The notes: generated by a model from the sequence alone, not told the origin. A stretch of 64,000 bases of DNA from Eledone cirrhosa (GCA_964016885.1 OZ024740.1:233244001-233308000); one strand, 5' to 3'; positions 1 to 14,930 are shown, counted from the first letter of the stretch. Translations and numbers: made by a program.

Positions 1-981
1 ATGTAATTAGTGATTTGTTCTGTACTCCCAAGTCAGCTCAGAACAAGCACGAGAAATTAATCGAATGTTTTGGCACCTCACGTAGGTCTATTGTTTAGTG
101 TTCTTAATGTGGGTATTTGGAGTGTTGGTGATACTGCTTGTTGAACCCAATATTCATCCTGATCGATCAGATCTATGAGTAAATGAATTCAAGACGTGAC
201 CTATCCTCACTATTTTTTTCTTTAAAAAAAAATTATGTCCTGGACTATATTATTCAATGTCATCTTTCCTTCCGAAAACAGGAGTGATTTGAGAGAGATT
301 TTGCTGCAATTTTCAGCAGGTCAATCGACCAGGTAGTTGGTTGTAAGTTTTGGTCTATGTGAAGTATGTGTCCATGTAGTTGTCGCGTAGTAGTAGTAGT
401 AGTCAGTAATATTTGTGAAAGTATTGGTGGTGGTAGTGTTGTTAGAGTTAAAGTTTGTAAGGATTTTTGTTAGTTGGTATAATAGTAGTAATGATGGCGG
501 TAATTCTATTGTGGCTAATGGTGGTAAGTGTGTTGTTGTAGAAGAAAAGGCAAGAATTCACATCTCTTTCTACAAGCAAATAAATAAACAAAATACTGAA
601 GTGTTGAGATAGACCAAACAAGACCACTGGAGCCAAACCGCTATCTCATTTAGTATATCGCAACGTTCGCCGTTTTGTCTTCGCAGTTTCGGCGCTTCAT
701 TTAGATTAGCAAGTACATCTAAACAGAGCAGATGGCTTGGCTATCCGAGCGCTGTTGGCTTGCTGTCTTGCTGGCTTTCGTTAAAAGCAATTTGTGAGAT
801 CTGTAGCTTTCACACATTACAACCAACTCCATTTTAATGTTTAATTCGTTAATGGAGTCGACTTATCATCGATAATTTTGAGTAAAGAAAACCATTTGGT
901 TACCGAAACTATGTGTTCAGGTGAGGGATAAGGCATCTATTTACACCTGGGTTTCATATCATGTTGCTTTGCTCTTCATGT

Positions 982-984
<3 letters not shown>

Positions 985-1069
<85 letters not shown>

Positions 1070-1078
1070 TATATATAT
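985..1078. repeat. (TA)n microsatellite
   Basis: Near-pure TA run; one of many in the window. Confidence 0.98.
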
Positions 1079-1628
1079 CATACCCTTTCTACTATTACTC
1101 CTAGTACTACAGACAACAATGACACTGATTTAATGGAAAATTTAAAGCACTATGAACATAGTGATGTCGAGGAGGGTAATGATGATGGTGTTGTTAGTAG
1201 TGCTGCTAATGATGATGATGATGATGATGATGATGATGGGGAAGGAGGGCGTAGATGGGATGGTGGTGGTGAGTTGGAGGAGGAGGAGGAGGTGAGATAA
1301 TGTCTAAAGTTTCGTACAATGGTGCTTTGACAGAATAGCAATGTAATGGCGTGTGGAAGTAAATAAGAAGTGAGTAGGCTCAATGGTGGAGACAGGAAGC
1401 TGATAAGCAGGTAATCGAAGAGATTGAGAGATGTAGAGATTGGGTATATGTTAAGAAAGAAGACCGGTGTATACGTGGAGGGTATAAGAGTCAGCGTGAA
1501 GAATGAAACATTAACCGTTAGAAGTGTGATTTCTGTGATAGCTGGTGGAAGTAACGGCTAGTAAGTAGTATTATGTTATTATGCTAGTTAACTAATCATT
1601 TCCTTTGTATATATATATATATATGTAT

Positions 1629-1684
<56 letters not shown>

Positions 1685-1713
1685 GTATGTATATATGTAT
1701 ATATATATATGTA

Positions 1714-1766
<53 letters not shown>

Positions 1767-1768
<2 letters not shown>

Positions 1769-1998
1769 CAAGTAAGTATGTTTTGAAACAGTGAGGAGGT
1801 TTGAAATTAGAAAATAGAATAGCTTTCACCGTATTTTTTACTAAAGAAATTTTAGCCTGATAATGGGGTTTAGAACCCTCAGATAAATGGAAAAAGATGA
1901 GTATTAACGTACGTTAATACTCATCTTTTTCCATTTATCTGAGGGTTCTAAACCCCATTATCAGGCTAAAATTTCTTTAGTAAAAAATACGGTGAAAG
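1767..1998. mobile_element. Short palindromic element between two (TA)n tracts (perfect 176-bp palindrome 1823-1998), decayed HHR-like motif
   Basis: Arms mirror about 1910/1911 (gtattaacgt|acgttaatac); contains ctgataa-t-ggggtt-tag-aaccct, a degenerate CTGATGA-stemII. Confidence 0.65.
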
Positions 1999-2015
1999 AT
2001 ATATATATATATATA

Positions 2016-2106
<91 letters not shown>

Positions 2107-2483
2107 CAGCGGCCAGCCGTCGAAGAAACGACACGACGCCCGTTCGACCGGGCCCCTGTATCATGAAAAGAAGATTTTTTTCGGGGAATTTATTAGATTT
2201 TTCCAAATTTAAAGGTGTCTTAGGAACCTTCAATGTTTATTTTAGATTTTGCCGTCTAAAGAGCTCAGGCTATCATAACCGATATTCCCCAGTGAAATAT
2301 GTATAACGGAGTTTTAAATAAGCCTGAATCAACTGAATATGACCTCCGATCTTTTCCTAATATAAAATGCTCCGACTTGCACACCATTTATACAGGCCGT
2401 TGAGCGTTTGTATTTTATCTGATTCGCAACCGACAAACCATAATGTCGTCTGCACATCTCTGTACGGTTAACCCCATACTCTA

Positions 2484-2562
<79 letters not shown>

Positions 2563-2774
2563 CGCGACTGTACGTTTGTGTGTGTGTGTGTGTTACTTTG
2601 ATTGCAGTTTATGCAGTAGTAAACGGCGATAAGCACTCAATGTGATAATATTAGTCCAAGGTAAAGCGTTGTTGGTCACGGGATGAATACTCGTTTCTTC
2701 TTTATGTAAGAACGGGAGATGACTTCTACCTGCTATCAGGTGTGATCGCAGACTATATATACTAAGACAGGCAA

Positions 2775-2849
<75 letters not shown>

Positions 2850-2884
2850 GATCAGTTTAACATATGTTTATTTCGTTACACGTA

Positions 2885-3050
2885 TTAGACCCCGAGCAAT
2901 ATGGTTGGATTATATGTATGAGCTTGGCTGGTCCGACTTGGGGATCCAGCCGAATCAATTGGAGACGGTTGCTTCTGACAGGACCTGATGGAGAGAATGT
3001 TTGAGGACTCTACCCCCACGACCCCCTCAGGAATTAGTGGGCGAAGAAAC
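2885..3050 (+). mobile_element. RTE (Expander/Rex3-like) LINE 3' fragment
   Basis: Similar to the 3' part of 10640-11120 (gacttggggatccagccg...gagacggttgcttctgacagg...ccacgaccc). Confidence 0.7.
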
Positions 3051-3800
3051 AACAGAATATAGGAAGGAGAATAGATTATCCGAAATGCTAGTTATCTCCG
3101 CCGCACCTAATCTTTCGACCATCTACCTAAATGATATAGAACTGACTCTGAACTTGTTGAGTGGGGGACAGGATGAAAAGATGAACAATCGAAAACCTAT
3201 ACGCCATCGACCAGTACGATCTTGCAGATCCCTGGCTGAGTTGGTAAACTTCTTTTTGGTGGTATTAAGGGGATGTAGCTAGTGGGGTAATGATGATAGA
3301 AGCGTAACACTAATGGTGATAATAGTTAGTTGTATTACTACCACTGCTAATACAATATCTAGTACTAATGCCAGTACTGTTACTCGTTATCCCTAAGACT
3401 GGCCTATTTACAACTGCTGACAGTGACGTTAAATACTGTCTGCTATACTCTAACTTTTGACAACACTTTTTGTTTATAATCTTATGGATCTTCTTTGTAC
3501 AAAGAATTGTTGTTGAGATTATTGTTGTGATTATTTGTTCCTGGTAGTGATGTGTGTGTTAGCAGTGGGGATGTTTTTGCTGTTATTGTTTCTTGTATGT
3601 CTGTCTCCCCTATTTTAATGTCAATTGTTCATTGTGTGTTGTTTTAGATACGGGCATAGTTCGAGCAAGCAGTCAATATAGTATATTGTTTAAACTGTTT
3701 AATACGGTAGTTCTATCTGAACAAAATACATGTGTTTTTTTTATGTATGAATATATAAGTGTGTATGTGTTTTTTTTATGTATGAATATATAAGTGTGTA

Positions 3801-3867
<67 letters not shown>

Positions 3868-4216
3868 ATACAGTCATTTATTGTCTATACCTGAGGGCAT
3901 ATGGTGAGTCAGAATGGGTTTGTGTACCCTTGGTGGAAGTTAAATGAGGATAGAAGAGGATGACCCTAATATCATGCAGCATAGTCAGTTCGTAAGTGTA
4001 TCTGTTATACATTTAGCATACATATACACATTGTTGTTTCTTTTTAAATCGTTCGATAAGATCCCAAACCTCATTCCCTTACCGATTGGTATGGAACTCA
4101 TCCAATCGGACCCAGGAAAAAATGTAAGTAGGATTTACGGTATTAGAGTTTTTATAAAATCCGGCAAAGGAAGACATTTCCAGGTCTTTAGAATGAACTT
4201 GAATGTGCTGGGGCAG

Positions 4217-4395
4217 ATAATAATTGTTTCTACTTTTGGCACAAGGCCAGCAATTACCCAATACATTACTGGTACTTTATTTTATCAACCCTGTAAGGAT
4301 GAAAGGCAAAGTTAACCTCGGCGGGATTTGAACTCAGACCATAAAGGGCCGTAACTCTTTGCTGTAAAACATGGCGTCAGACCCTCTACCGATTG
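4217..4395 (-). mobile_element. tRNA-derived SINE (major family of this genome)
   Basis: Reverse complement of gagttcaaatcccgccgaggttaactttgcctttcatcctta...gataaaataaagtaccag...gctggccttgtgccaaaagtagaaacaatt. Confidence 0.85.
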
Positions 4396-4763
4396 AAAAC
4401 AATCTGCGCTCGTATTCAGACAGTCGAGATGCTTCGTTAGAATATCTTGTACATAATTGTCATGTGCCGTTTGCATTTAAATATGAAAATACAATTCATT
4501 TAATTTTGAAATCTTTAAAAAGTATATCGACCTCTCCATGCTTGTTTAACACAATAAATACATCAGCATATACAAGGGTATATATGATGTGATTATGTTC
4601 AGAAATGGAAATGAGCGGTGATGTAGACTGTTCAAGAAAACATAGATTCTAGGTTTGGCTGCTACGGGCTCTGGATGTTTTATGTATTGTGACCAAAGGA
4701 ATAGAAACACAGATTTCCATGCCAATATCATGAAAAAGCGTGTTTCCTGGTGTTTTGTAGAAT

Positions 4764-5213
<450 letters not shown>

Positions 5214-5930
5214 ACAGTCTTTTTCACTCCATAACACAGGAGAGCATCTATTTTGTGTGTATATACACATACATAAATCACTGCGTATTGTATGGCTGAA
5301 ATGTCGTATATTTAGTTCTATACACGCAAGTATTGTTTTGTTTTCGACTTAATACTCCCAATAGTCAAATGTTTGACGATTTTGTGACCTGTGACACCGA
5401 ATTTAAAAGTAGTATTGTCTGTAAAGGTTGAAATTGTGTATGCCCTTTGAGATAACGTAAGACCATGGATTTCGTATTAGTTATATATATATAGTTGTTT
5501 ATATAAGTGCAAGATTTGCATTTGCACCATTATAATCCATAAACTATGGTGTAAACAGGATTATAGTCTTCACGTCGGTCGTAGGCTTCCAGTAGGGATA
5601 TTGGATCGCGTAAAATACGAAAAAGGAACCTTATAAGAAGGAACGTCAAGATATTTTGTTGATATATAAACAACATTTTGTGTCACGTAATCGTATCATA
5701 CGCAAATATTTACACATACTTACACACACACGCTTACACACACACGTGCGCGCGCGCACACACACACACACGCACACACACATACACATATATATATATT
5801 TATATATATATATATACTAGAAATTTATGTTGGTGGTATGAAATCGCGATGTATATATGATATGAATGTACGTATTGTATATTTAATAATATACTGTATG
5901 TCTATTTTAGAACATTTTGAAGGCATTTCA

Positions 5931-6095
5931 CTGTGAATTTAAGGTAGTGACTAACGTCACCTACATAGTTTCTGCAAAAACAAAGGGAAGTAATCGACGA
6001 TCGTTTCTCACTTTTTGGAGGTTGTCAAAACTACATATCCCTTCGCCTTTGATGAAGCTAGGTATGTGACGTTAGTCACTGCCTTAAATTCATAG
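5931..6095. mobile_element. Inverted-repeat element with decayed minus-strand HHR (5990-6034); related to 22257-22600
   Basis: About 30-bp IRs ctgtgaatttaaggtagtgactaacgtcac; minus strand gtagtt-TTGACAA...GAAACGATCGTC-gattac. Confidence 0.55.
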
Positions 6096-6189
6096 CCCAC
6101 AGACTATGAAGGTTGAACCACCCGGCCTCCAAACGTCCCCGGGAGGTAAGTAAATGTTTCCTCTCTGTTTTAGCCAGCCAACATAGCCA

Positions 6190-7990
6190 CGATAAAAGTA
6201 GGATGTTTAAATGTTCATTGTCCTCAGGTCACTAGATATGGATGATATTGCCGTCAGGGAACCAGCATTTCCGACATGCACGCAATAACACCCGTTTTCG
6301 ACGAATATCAGATCTTCGCATCTCTTACACGGCCTAGGAGGGGAGGTGTGGTAGCAGTGTGGTTTAGGAATGGGCTGGATCTCGAGGTAAGGTCGATCTT
6401 CCGAGACCCGGACGATAAGTTGGTGGTCATGGACATGAACAATATCGAATGTGGTGCCTTTAATCTTGTGGCCGTCTACGCCCAAACCGGAGCCCAACGG
6501 CCGGACTTCTTTAGGCACATGGATAACTTTTGGGAACGTCTTGCTCTTTACTGATAGGAGAGGTCTGGAACCTAGATGCACGCTGAGATTGTGTGCGTGC
6601 AGCTGAAGGGAGCGGGATATACAAAAGCCTCAAGTAACTGATCAGTCAGTCCCAATTGTCTTAGAGGTACCGACAATATTTCCTTAGTGCGCCAGCCACA
6701 TAGGTGATCTGCAACGTATATAGATAGGTTTTCCATTACAACAATAGATAAGGATCGCATAAGTTCACACGTTCAAACGGTCACCTAATCTGATCACGTT
6801 TGTAATCTATTTGGTCGACTTAGATAAGATACTGACGTTTGGATCTAGTTACTGGGTGTCCCTAAACGATGAACAGGTGTGGTCGCCGTTTGTCAGACGA
6901 GCCTTTCCGCAGCACGTCTCTTTGAATGAGCGACAGTCCTGGGCCAAGAAGGCACCGAGACTGGTTGCCTGCCATCTGGAATGTTGCCAGGCACTCACTG
7001 CCCTCTACCAGGCAGGCAATGGGGTGAGTCGAAATTCCACTCTCGAGTTATATAGAGAATGGTGGGCAAGTGTGACGACGCACTCGGAGATGCTCGGGGC
7101 GTCGATGCAGTCGAACTGACCACTCTATTCCGGAGGACTTTCGAACTGGGGACGATGGACAACTTCCAGAAATCCCTCGCATGCTAGTGCTACCGGGGTG
7201 GGTTGGCGGGCACTGTCGGTTTGAGATAAACTCTACAGGCACGGAAGTGCTGTGAGATGGACCTGCCCGAATTGTGTGCATACCGACCAAACCTTTCTGC
7301 ACGCACTCATCCAGTGTCCATGCATTACTGACTTGTGGAGTTATGTCAAACTCCTCTTTGTTGCGTGTTGAATGGTTCCAGCTATCGGCCGTGTCTATAG
7401 AGAAGATGGACACACCGCCTTCTTTTGGCTGGGGAGGGCAGGCAATTTTCCTCTGTCTGGTGGCAGTAGCGAATTAGGCTGTGTTGTGGACCAGGTGAAA
7501 AGGACTGAAGATAGGCACTTTTCTCTTCGGCCAATCCTCATCAACTTTTTCAAGTTTCACTTGGAAAGGAAGGTGAGGGTGGAGAGAGAAGTGTTACCCA
7601 CCGTCCCAGTACATTTGCGAAGGTGAGGGTGGAGAGAGAAGTGTTACCCACCCTCTCAGTACATTTGGGAAAAGGGGAGTGAATGTGGTGAGAATGGCCC
7701 GTGTGAGTAGGCCTACTCTGACCATGCACCTGTAGGCTGGTTAATTTGAGAAGGAGAGGGGTGCCCTTAAGGGTGCCTCCGAAGTGTCGGGTGATTCAGG
7801 ATTGGTGGGGTCCTAAGGCCCATCCCCCCACTATTGGGAAATTTTCATTCTTGTATTTTCCTTGTTATTTTGTTATTGTTATTTATATTTTTTACACGTA
7901 TTTATGCCCCCCCCCCCCCACACTGTCCCTGTTTTTGTATTGTCCGCTATATACCGGCCCTTATGGCCAATTTAGAAATTATTATTGTCA
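6190..7990 (+). mobile_element. Decayed Tx1/L1-like LINE: APE endonuclease remnant joined to post-RT region
   Basis: GCLNV, GGVVAVWFR, LVAVYA..G..RPDFFR endonuclease motifs; C-terminal part homologous to 33580-34270; many stops and frameshifts. Confidence 0.8.
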
Positions 7991-7992
7991 TT

Positions 7993-8275
7993 AGGGCGGT
8001 GAATTGGCAGTATCGGTAGAGGGTCGGACGCCATGCCTTGCAGCAAAGAGTTACGGCCCTTTACGATCTGAGTTCAAATCCCGCCAAGGTTAACTTTGCC
8101 TTTCATCCTTACGGGGTCGATAAAATAAAGTACCAGTAATGTACTGGTTGATTGCTGGCCTTGTGCCAAAAGTAGAGACAATTATTGTCATTAGGACAGT
8201 AGATTGGCGGAATTGCTAGAGTCGGACAAAATGCTTTGCAGTATTAAGTTATGACCCTTTACGTTCTGAGTTCAA
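7993..8275 (+). mobile_element. tRNA-derived SINE plus a second partial copy
   Basis: A-box tggcagtatcgg, B-box gagttcaaatccc, conserved core ctttgcctttcatcc...gataaaataaagtaccag. Confidence 0.85.
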
Positions 8276-8285
8276 TAGTAGAATT

Positions 8286-8360
8286 AGTAGTAGTGGTGGT
8301 GGTGGTGGTGGTGGTGGTGATGGTGGTGGTGGTGGTGATGGTGGTGGTAGCAACAGCATC

Positions 8361-8425
<65 letters not shown>

Positions 8426-8482
8426 GAGTAGGAGTAGGAGGAGGAGGAGGAGGAGGCGGTGGCAGCGGCGTGGGAGGAGGAG
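8286..8482. repeat. Compound trinucleotide microsatellite (GTG/GTA/GGA)
   Basis: Direct reading. Confidence 0.95.
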
Positions 8483-9523
8483 ATTTCCTTTCATTGCTGC
8501 TGTTGTTATTTGTTGTGTAGAAGCTGTTTAGTGTGAGTTGCTGCTAAAGAGGTGTCAGCCTATTATTTAATATGGTCATATCTTTGTACAGATTTACGAA
8601 TGTAGTATAGCATCAGCTAACTTCAGCGATGAAATATTAATAGCATAGAGATTGCACAGTGCATAGTAAATCAGCTCTGCATTTTACAAGTACGTATCAA
8701 TGAAGTATGACTTTTATTTTCCTAACTTAATTCATTACATGAAAGACGAGTATAAATTCTGGTTTCAGAGCTAGAAGACACATGTGCGGAACACATATGG
8801 TTTTCTATTATAGTTTAAAACATTTAAAAAACTATCATGTATTAGACAATGTCCTCGTTTGTTGCCTCAATATAAAATTAGTTAATATAGTTAACTTGAA
8901 TGTATATTATAGTTATGTGTGTACTTGTGTCTTTGAGTGTGTGTGTACCTCCCCACATAGATGCATATATATATATATAGATATTTAAAAGAATAGAGGT
9001 GTAACACATGAGTTATGATATATTGGTAAAAGGAAAAGAAAATGCTGACAAATTGTTCCCAGTGAAAAATAGTTTAATTAGGAATAAGTAAAAATTAGTA
9101 ATAGTATTGGTTAGTATTCAGTTTTGGTTTTAAGTTTTTACCAGTTGCGCACTTGTAAGGCTTTTCAAAAATAATTTTGAGATAGAGCGCCCGTGATGTT
9201 TGCTCTAATCTGATTAGTTTTGGAAATTCTACCTGTTTATTGTAAAAAAAGTGGCTCCAGATGTATGAAAAAAATTATTGTGGTCAAAACAATTTTGATT
9301 GGTCGGTAGAGGTCATGTGAATGTTAAAAATTGATTTTGCGCCAAATGTAGGTTTGTCTCGGCTGATTGAGAAGTCACTGAAAAATAAGTCTTTTAAGAC
9401 AAATATGTGTGTGTGTGTGTGTGTAGTAGTAGTAAAGAGGTTCGTTGTTGTGATAATGGTCAGCAGGGATATGTGTGCGACCGCAGCCTGCTGACAGATC
9501 AACAGTTCAGATGCCTATTAAGA

Positions 9524-9615
<92 letters not shown>

Positions 9616-10308
9616 TGTGTGTGTGTGTGTGCGTGTGTGTGTGTAGCAGAGTAATTCGTGGTAGAGGGATGGTCAGTATGAATGTGTCTGTACGTGTGTG
9701 GGGGATATTTTAACATGTTAAAAGATATTTTTCAGCTCTTGTCTTATACGGAGAAGTGTGTGTGTGTTTGTGTATATGTCTCTTTGTATGTTAATGTACG
9801 CGTGTGTATGTGTGTGTGTATATATGTGTGTTTGTGTGTGTGAATGTGTGTGTAGGTGGACCAGTATTTTTGTGATACTGGTAAAAATGGTGTACATTAT
9901 TCGATATTTCAGTAAAAACGATTCTCTCAATAGAACATCAAAAACCTTAATAATAAAAGGTGTGAAATGATATATAGTATTGGCATAAGACCAAGGTGTG
10001 TGTGAGTGTCCAGATTGTACGTACTGTAAGGGGAATCCATTAGGCCTTGCCGTATTGGAATACTTGTGTACAAATATGTATGTGCCCATCAGTGTGCAAT
10101 GCATGTGTGCGTATATGTATGTGTGTGTGTCAGCACGTTTATATCTATAGACATCAAAAGGTATGCAAATTTGTGTATATTTGTGTTGCACCATAGAACA
10201 TGTGTGTTTACGTATGTCATTGTGTTTATATGTGGATAGAGATGTATGTAGGATGTATGCTGATGTAGGTATCTGGGAACAATTTGTCAGCATTTCTTTT
10301 TCCTTTTA

Positions 10309-10374
<66 letters not shown>

Positions 10375-10639
10375 GATTAAACCTGTATTAAATTAGTTAA
10401 ACCATTATTCAACAAAGTACGTGAAACTTGGGATAGTAGAGTGTGATTATATTAGAAAGAGTCGGAAAGCGACGGCTGAGCGCTTGCCGTTTCAACTACT
10501 AGTCCTAGACTATTAACAATTTCAAGTATCTCAGGGGCGTGTTCACGAGAGTGATGGAAGGCAGGAGACTCAATTAAGTGCAAGTGTTTCAGGACCTGGC
10601 ACCAACTTCAGCATTCAGTAATCAGAAGAAGGGAGGTAA

Positions 10640-11120
10640 ATGTAAAAGCCAAACTCGCTATCATCATTTCGGTATTCATGCCAACCCATAACTTTGGTCA
10701 TGAATCTTGGGTAATGATTGAAAGAATACGATCGCGATTACAAGCATCCGAAATGGGGTTCCTCCGAAGGGTGTTTGGAGTAACGTTACTCGATAGAGTG
10801 CGTAGCTCGAGATTCAAAGAAACACTCCAGATAGAACCACTACTTCTCTGAATTGAGAGATCACAGCTCCGATACTATGGGCCTGTGGTTAGAATGTCTC
10901 AGGAAAGAATCTTTGGACAGTTTTTACGGACAAAACCAGCCGGTAGGAGTCCCAGGGGTAGAACCCGAGGAAGATGATTGGATAACATCCATGAACTAGG
11001 CTGGTCTGACATGGGGATCTAGCCGGATCGGTTGGAAATAGTTGCTTCTGACAGAATCCGCAGGAAGAAGTATTTGAGTACTTTGAGAGCATTGTCAGGA
11101 ATAAGTGGGGGAAGGAAAAG
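10640..11120 (+). mobile_element. RTE (Expander/Rex3-like) LINE 3' fragment
   Basis: Translates to KAKLAI...FGHESWVM.ERIRSRLQASEMGFLRRVFGVTLLDRVRS...IERSQLRYYG.VVRM, typical post-RT region of RTE LINEs. Confidence 0.85.
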
Positions 11121-11206
11121 GAGAAAAGATATATTGTTTATGTGTATATTTCTCTCATATATAATTTCTGGGAATAGTTCTGTGTGGGGTGTGTGGTCAA
11201 GCGAGT

Positions 11207-11570
<364 letters not shown>

Positions 11571-12836
11571 ATTAAGTGTAATGAATTCCTTTACAATGAA
11601 ATTAGCTCAAAGAAAGAAATATTTCTGAGCCGTGTAAAACATTTAAATATAAATTAATATTTATGATGAAACACAAATACCAACATATCTGTATTTATAT
11701 TACAAAAGAAAATTTAGCTAGAATGAAGTTGGTATTTGTGTTGGTATTTGTGTTTCATCATATATATTAATTTATATTTAAATGTTTTACACGGCTCAGA
11801 AATGTTTCTTTCTTTGAGCTAATTTCATTGTAAAGGAATTCATTACACTTAATATTATTGCTCCTTAGGTTGAGCTGAACGTAGCCTCATATATACGGCT
11901 GTTATTTCTAGCAGTACGGTTATGAGGCTAGCTAGAAACTGTGAACCATGTGAGTTACACAGTCTTTTAAATTATTTAGAAGTGAAGCATATCAATTTTT
12001 CCCTGGATGTTTACTGAAGAGAGAAGGACATGATTTTCCTTACACTTTTTCATCTCGAAACATATTTGGCTTTTAAAGTTTAAACTTATCTACGGAACAG
12101 GTTTGATTTTGAAATTTAAATGTGTCTAAACATCATGGCCATTTGGCAATACAGTTCGTCTTTGTTGATTTATTATTTTAAATCGATATGGACAGACTGT
12201 AATATTATAATTAGTATACTTCATTCGAGCTAAATTTTCTTTTGCAATATAAATACAGATATGTTGTTATTTGTGTTTCATCATATATATTAATTTATAT
12301 TTAAATGTTTTACACGGCTCAGAAATATTTCTTTCTTTGAGCTAATTTCATTGTAAAGGAATTCATTACACTTAATATTATTGCTCCTTAGGTTGAGCTG
12401 AACGTAGCCTCATATATACGGCTGTTATTTCTAGCAGTACGGTTATGAGGCTAGCTAGAAACTGTGAACCATGTGCGTTACACAGTCTTTTAAATTATTT
12501 AGAAGTGAAGCATATCAATTTGTCCCTGAATGTTTACTGAAGAGAGCAGGACATGATATTCCTTACACTTTTTCATCTCGAAACATATTTGGATTTTAAA
12601 GTTTAAACTTATCTACGGAACAGGTTTGATTTTGAAATTTAAACGTGTCTAAACATCATGGCCATTTGGCAATACAGTTCGTCTTTGTTGATTTATTATT
12701 TTAAATCGATATGGACAGACTGTAATATTATAATTAGTATACTTCAATCTAGCTAAATTTTCTTTTGCAATATAAATACAGATATGTTGGTATTTGTGTT
12801 TCATCATATATATTAATTTATATTTAAATGTTTTAC
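11571..12836. mobile_element. Non-coding element: inverted 5' piece plus two tandem 523-bp units, inserted in (TA)n
   Basis: tgtttcatca at 11751, 12274, 12797; 11571-11729 is the reverse complement of part of the unit; CTGAAGA-gaga...tctc-GAAAC at 12014 and 12537. Confidence 0.85.
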
Positions 12837-12839
12837 ATG

Positions 12840-13555
<716 letters not shown>

Positions 13556-13821
13556 AAATAAGGTTATAGTATCGTAAGAGAGGATAGAGAGGAGAGATAC
13601 AAAGAGGTGCGATACAGAATACTACATGCCAAAAGCTGATGCGTAGTGTGCTCAATGTTTGGGTTATCATGGTTAAATATTAGAGAAAGTTAATATTAAG
13701 CGTTAGGATTAAGCAGAGCTGGAATAAGCAAAATAATTGTTTCTACTTTAGGCACAAGGCCAGCAATTACCCAGTGAGTGCATGAAAGAGTTACAAGCCG
13801 TTAAAACATAACTTTATATAG

Positions 13822-13860
13822 CTCTTACACGTGTTTCGCTCAGAGGGTCTCGTCAGAGGC
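13822..13860 (-). ncRNA. Minimal hammerhead motif in pLTR (inverted copy at 18755-18792, + strand, with U4C)
   Basis: CTGACGA-gaccctctgagc-GAAACACGTGTA-agag; palindromic stem III ACACGTGT; stems I and II imperfect. Confidence 0.65.
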
Positions 13861-14606
13861 AGATATTCAGATAGCAAAGTCCTTAATTACAAAGCCCAGA
13901 GAGGGTATAATAATATCACATGGCTATGCATTGCCATTTTAGATGTTATAGGTATGGCTAGCGGTGAAAGGGATATCATTCGCTAAGGGAGGTAATTACC
14001 AGTGCCCGTTGAGAGTTACTGCATTATTTTTTACCAATACCAGCTATGGGGAAAAAATATTTTATTTAAAAAGAATTAAATTATGCGGGGTTGGTCAACT
14101 CAGTATAAATGATGCCGTGTTTACGTGGGGATATGATAGACTGTTGGTAATGTCGTTAAACACTGCACACAAGTATACCTCATGCAGGGGCGGCAGAGTT
14201 GGGGTGCGATGTTGAAGGCCTAGAAAAATTATGCCAATTTGGATCGAAGTTGTATGTTCATATGATCAATTCATCTAAGAAATTACTCGGGTTCAGGCAG
14301 CAAGTTCATAAGATTATTTAAACCTGGTCTGACGAAGAGGAAGAATATAGCGGGGTGAGCCCGACTGAATAGGTGCTGTGCATCATCCTGGTGGGAAAAC
14401 AGTGGGTAGATGATGGTGTTATTCCACGCTGTATAATGGTAAACCTACCGCCGGCGGGTCAGGCCAGGGTGTAGCGTTGGGATCCTCAGGTATTATTGTA
14501 GTTATTCAGTTTCTGGGGTCCATCTGTAAAATGATTGTTGCAGTCGGTGGCAGCAATTAATGACTGCTTCGGCCCGACTATTTACGAGTTGCTGGGGTGC
14601 TTACAC

Positions 14607-14930
14607 TATATAATATAGATCCATTAGGCAGAGCTGGCAGCTTTTTTTGAAATTATAAGGTGTTGTTTGGTTCACTATTTCCCATTGTGTGGTGTAGCTA
14701 ATGTTGGAGTCAGTTAATTGGGTAATATAATTAGCGAGGGAGGTAGAGTATCTTAGTTTCCTATTCCTAAAAGAGTAGAGATGCGCTCTAAATCAAGTCT
14801 TGAACTCCCCAGATGTGGTTCCTATGTTTGACTTAACACTATTATAAATTGTAACTGTGCATCTATAAATTACGTTTCTAATCAAGCAGTAGCCTTGGAG
14901 TGGACAGTTGTTAGGGTTACGGCAATTACA
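14607..14930 (-). pseudogene. GIY-YIG endonuclease domain of PLE with an in-frame stop
   Basis: Hand translation CNCRNPNNCPLQGYCLIRNVIYRCTVTIYNSVKSNIGTTSGEFKT*FRAHLYSFRNRKLRYSTSLANYI...QWEIVNQTTPYNFKKSCQLCLMDLYYI. Confidence 0.85.

Noticed and set aside
640-925. Possible first exon ending at tcag|gtgagg
   Set aside because: Short frames only, no recognisable product and insufficient support
7993-8090. tRNA genes from A/B-box motifs
   Set aside because: They are SINE heads continuing into the SINE core, with no cloverleaf
10445-10537. Minus-strand GAAACGGC...GCCGTC stem resembling hammerhead helix III
   Set aside because: The upstream core is ctgagat and stem I does not pair; too decayed to call
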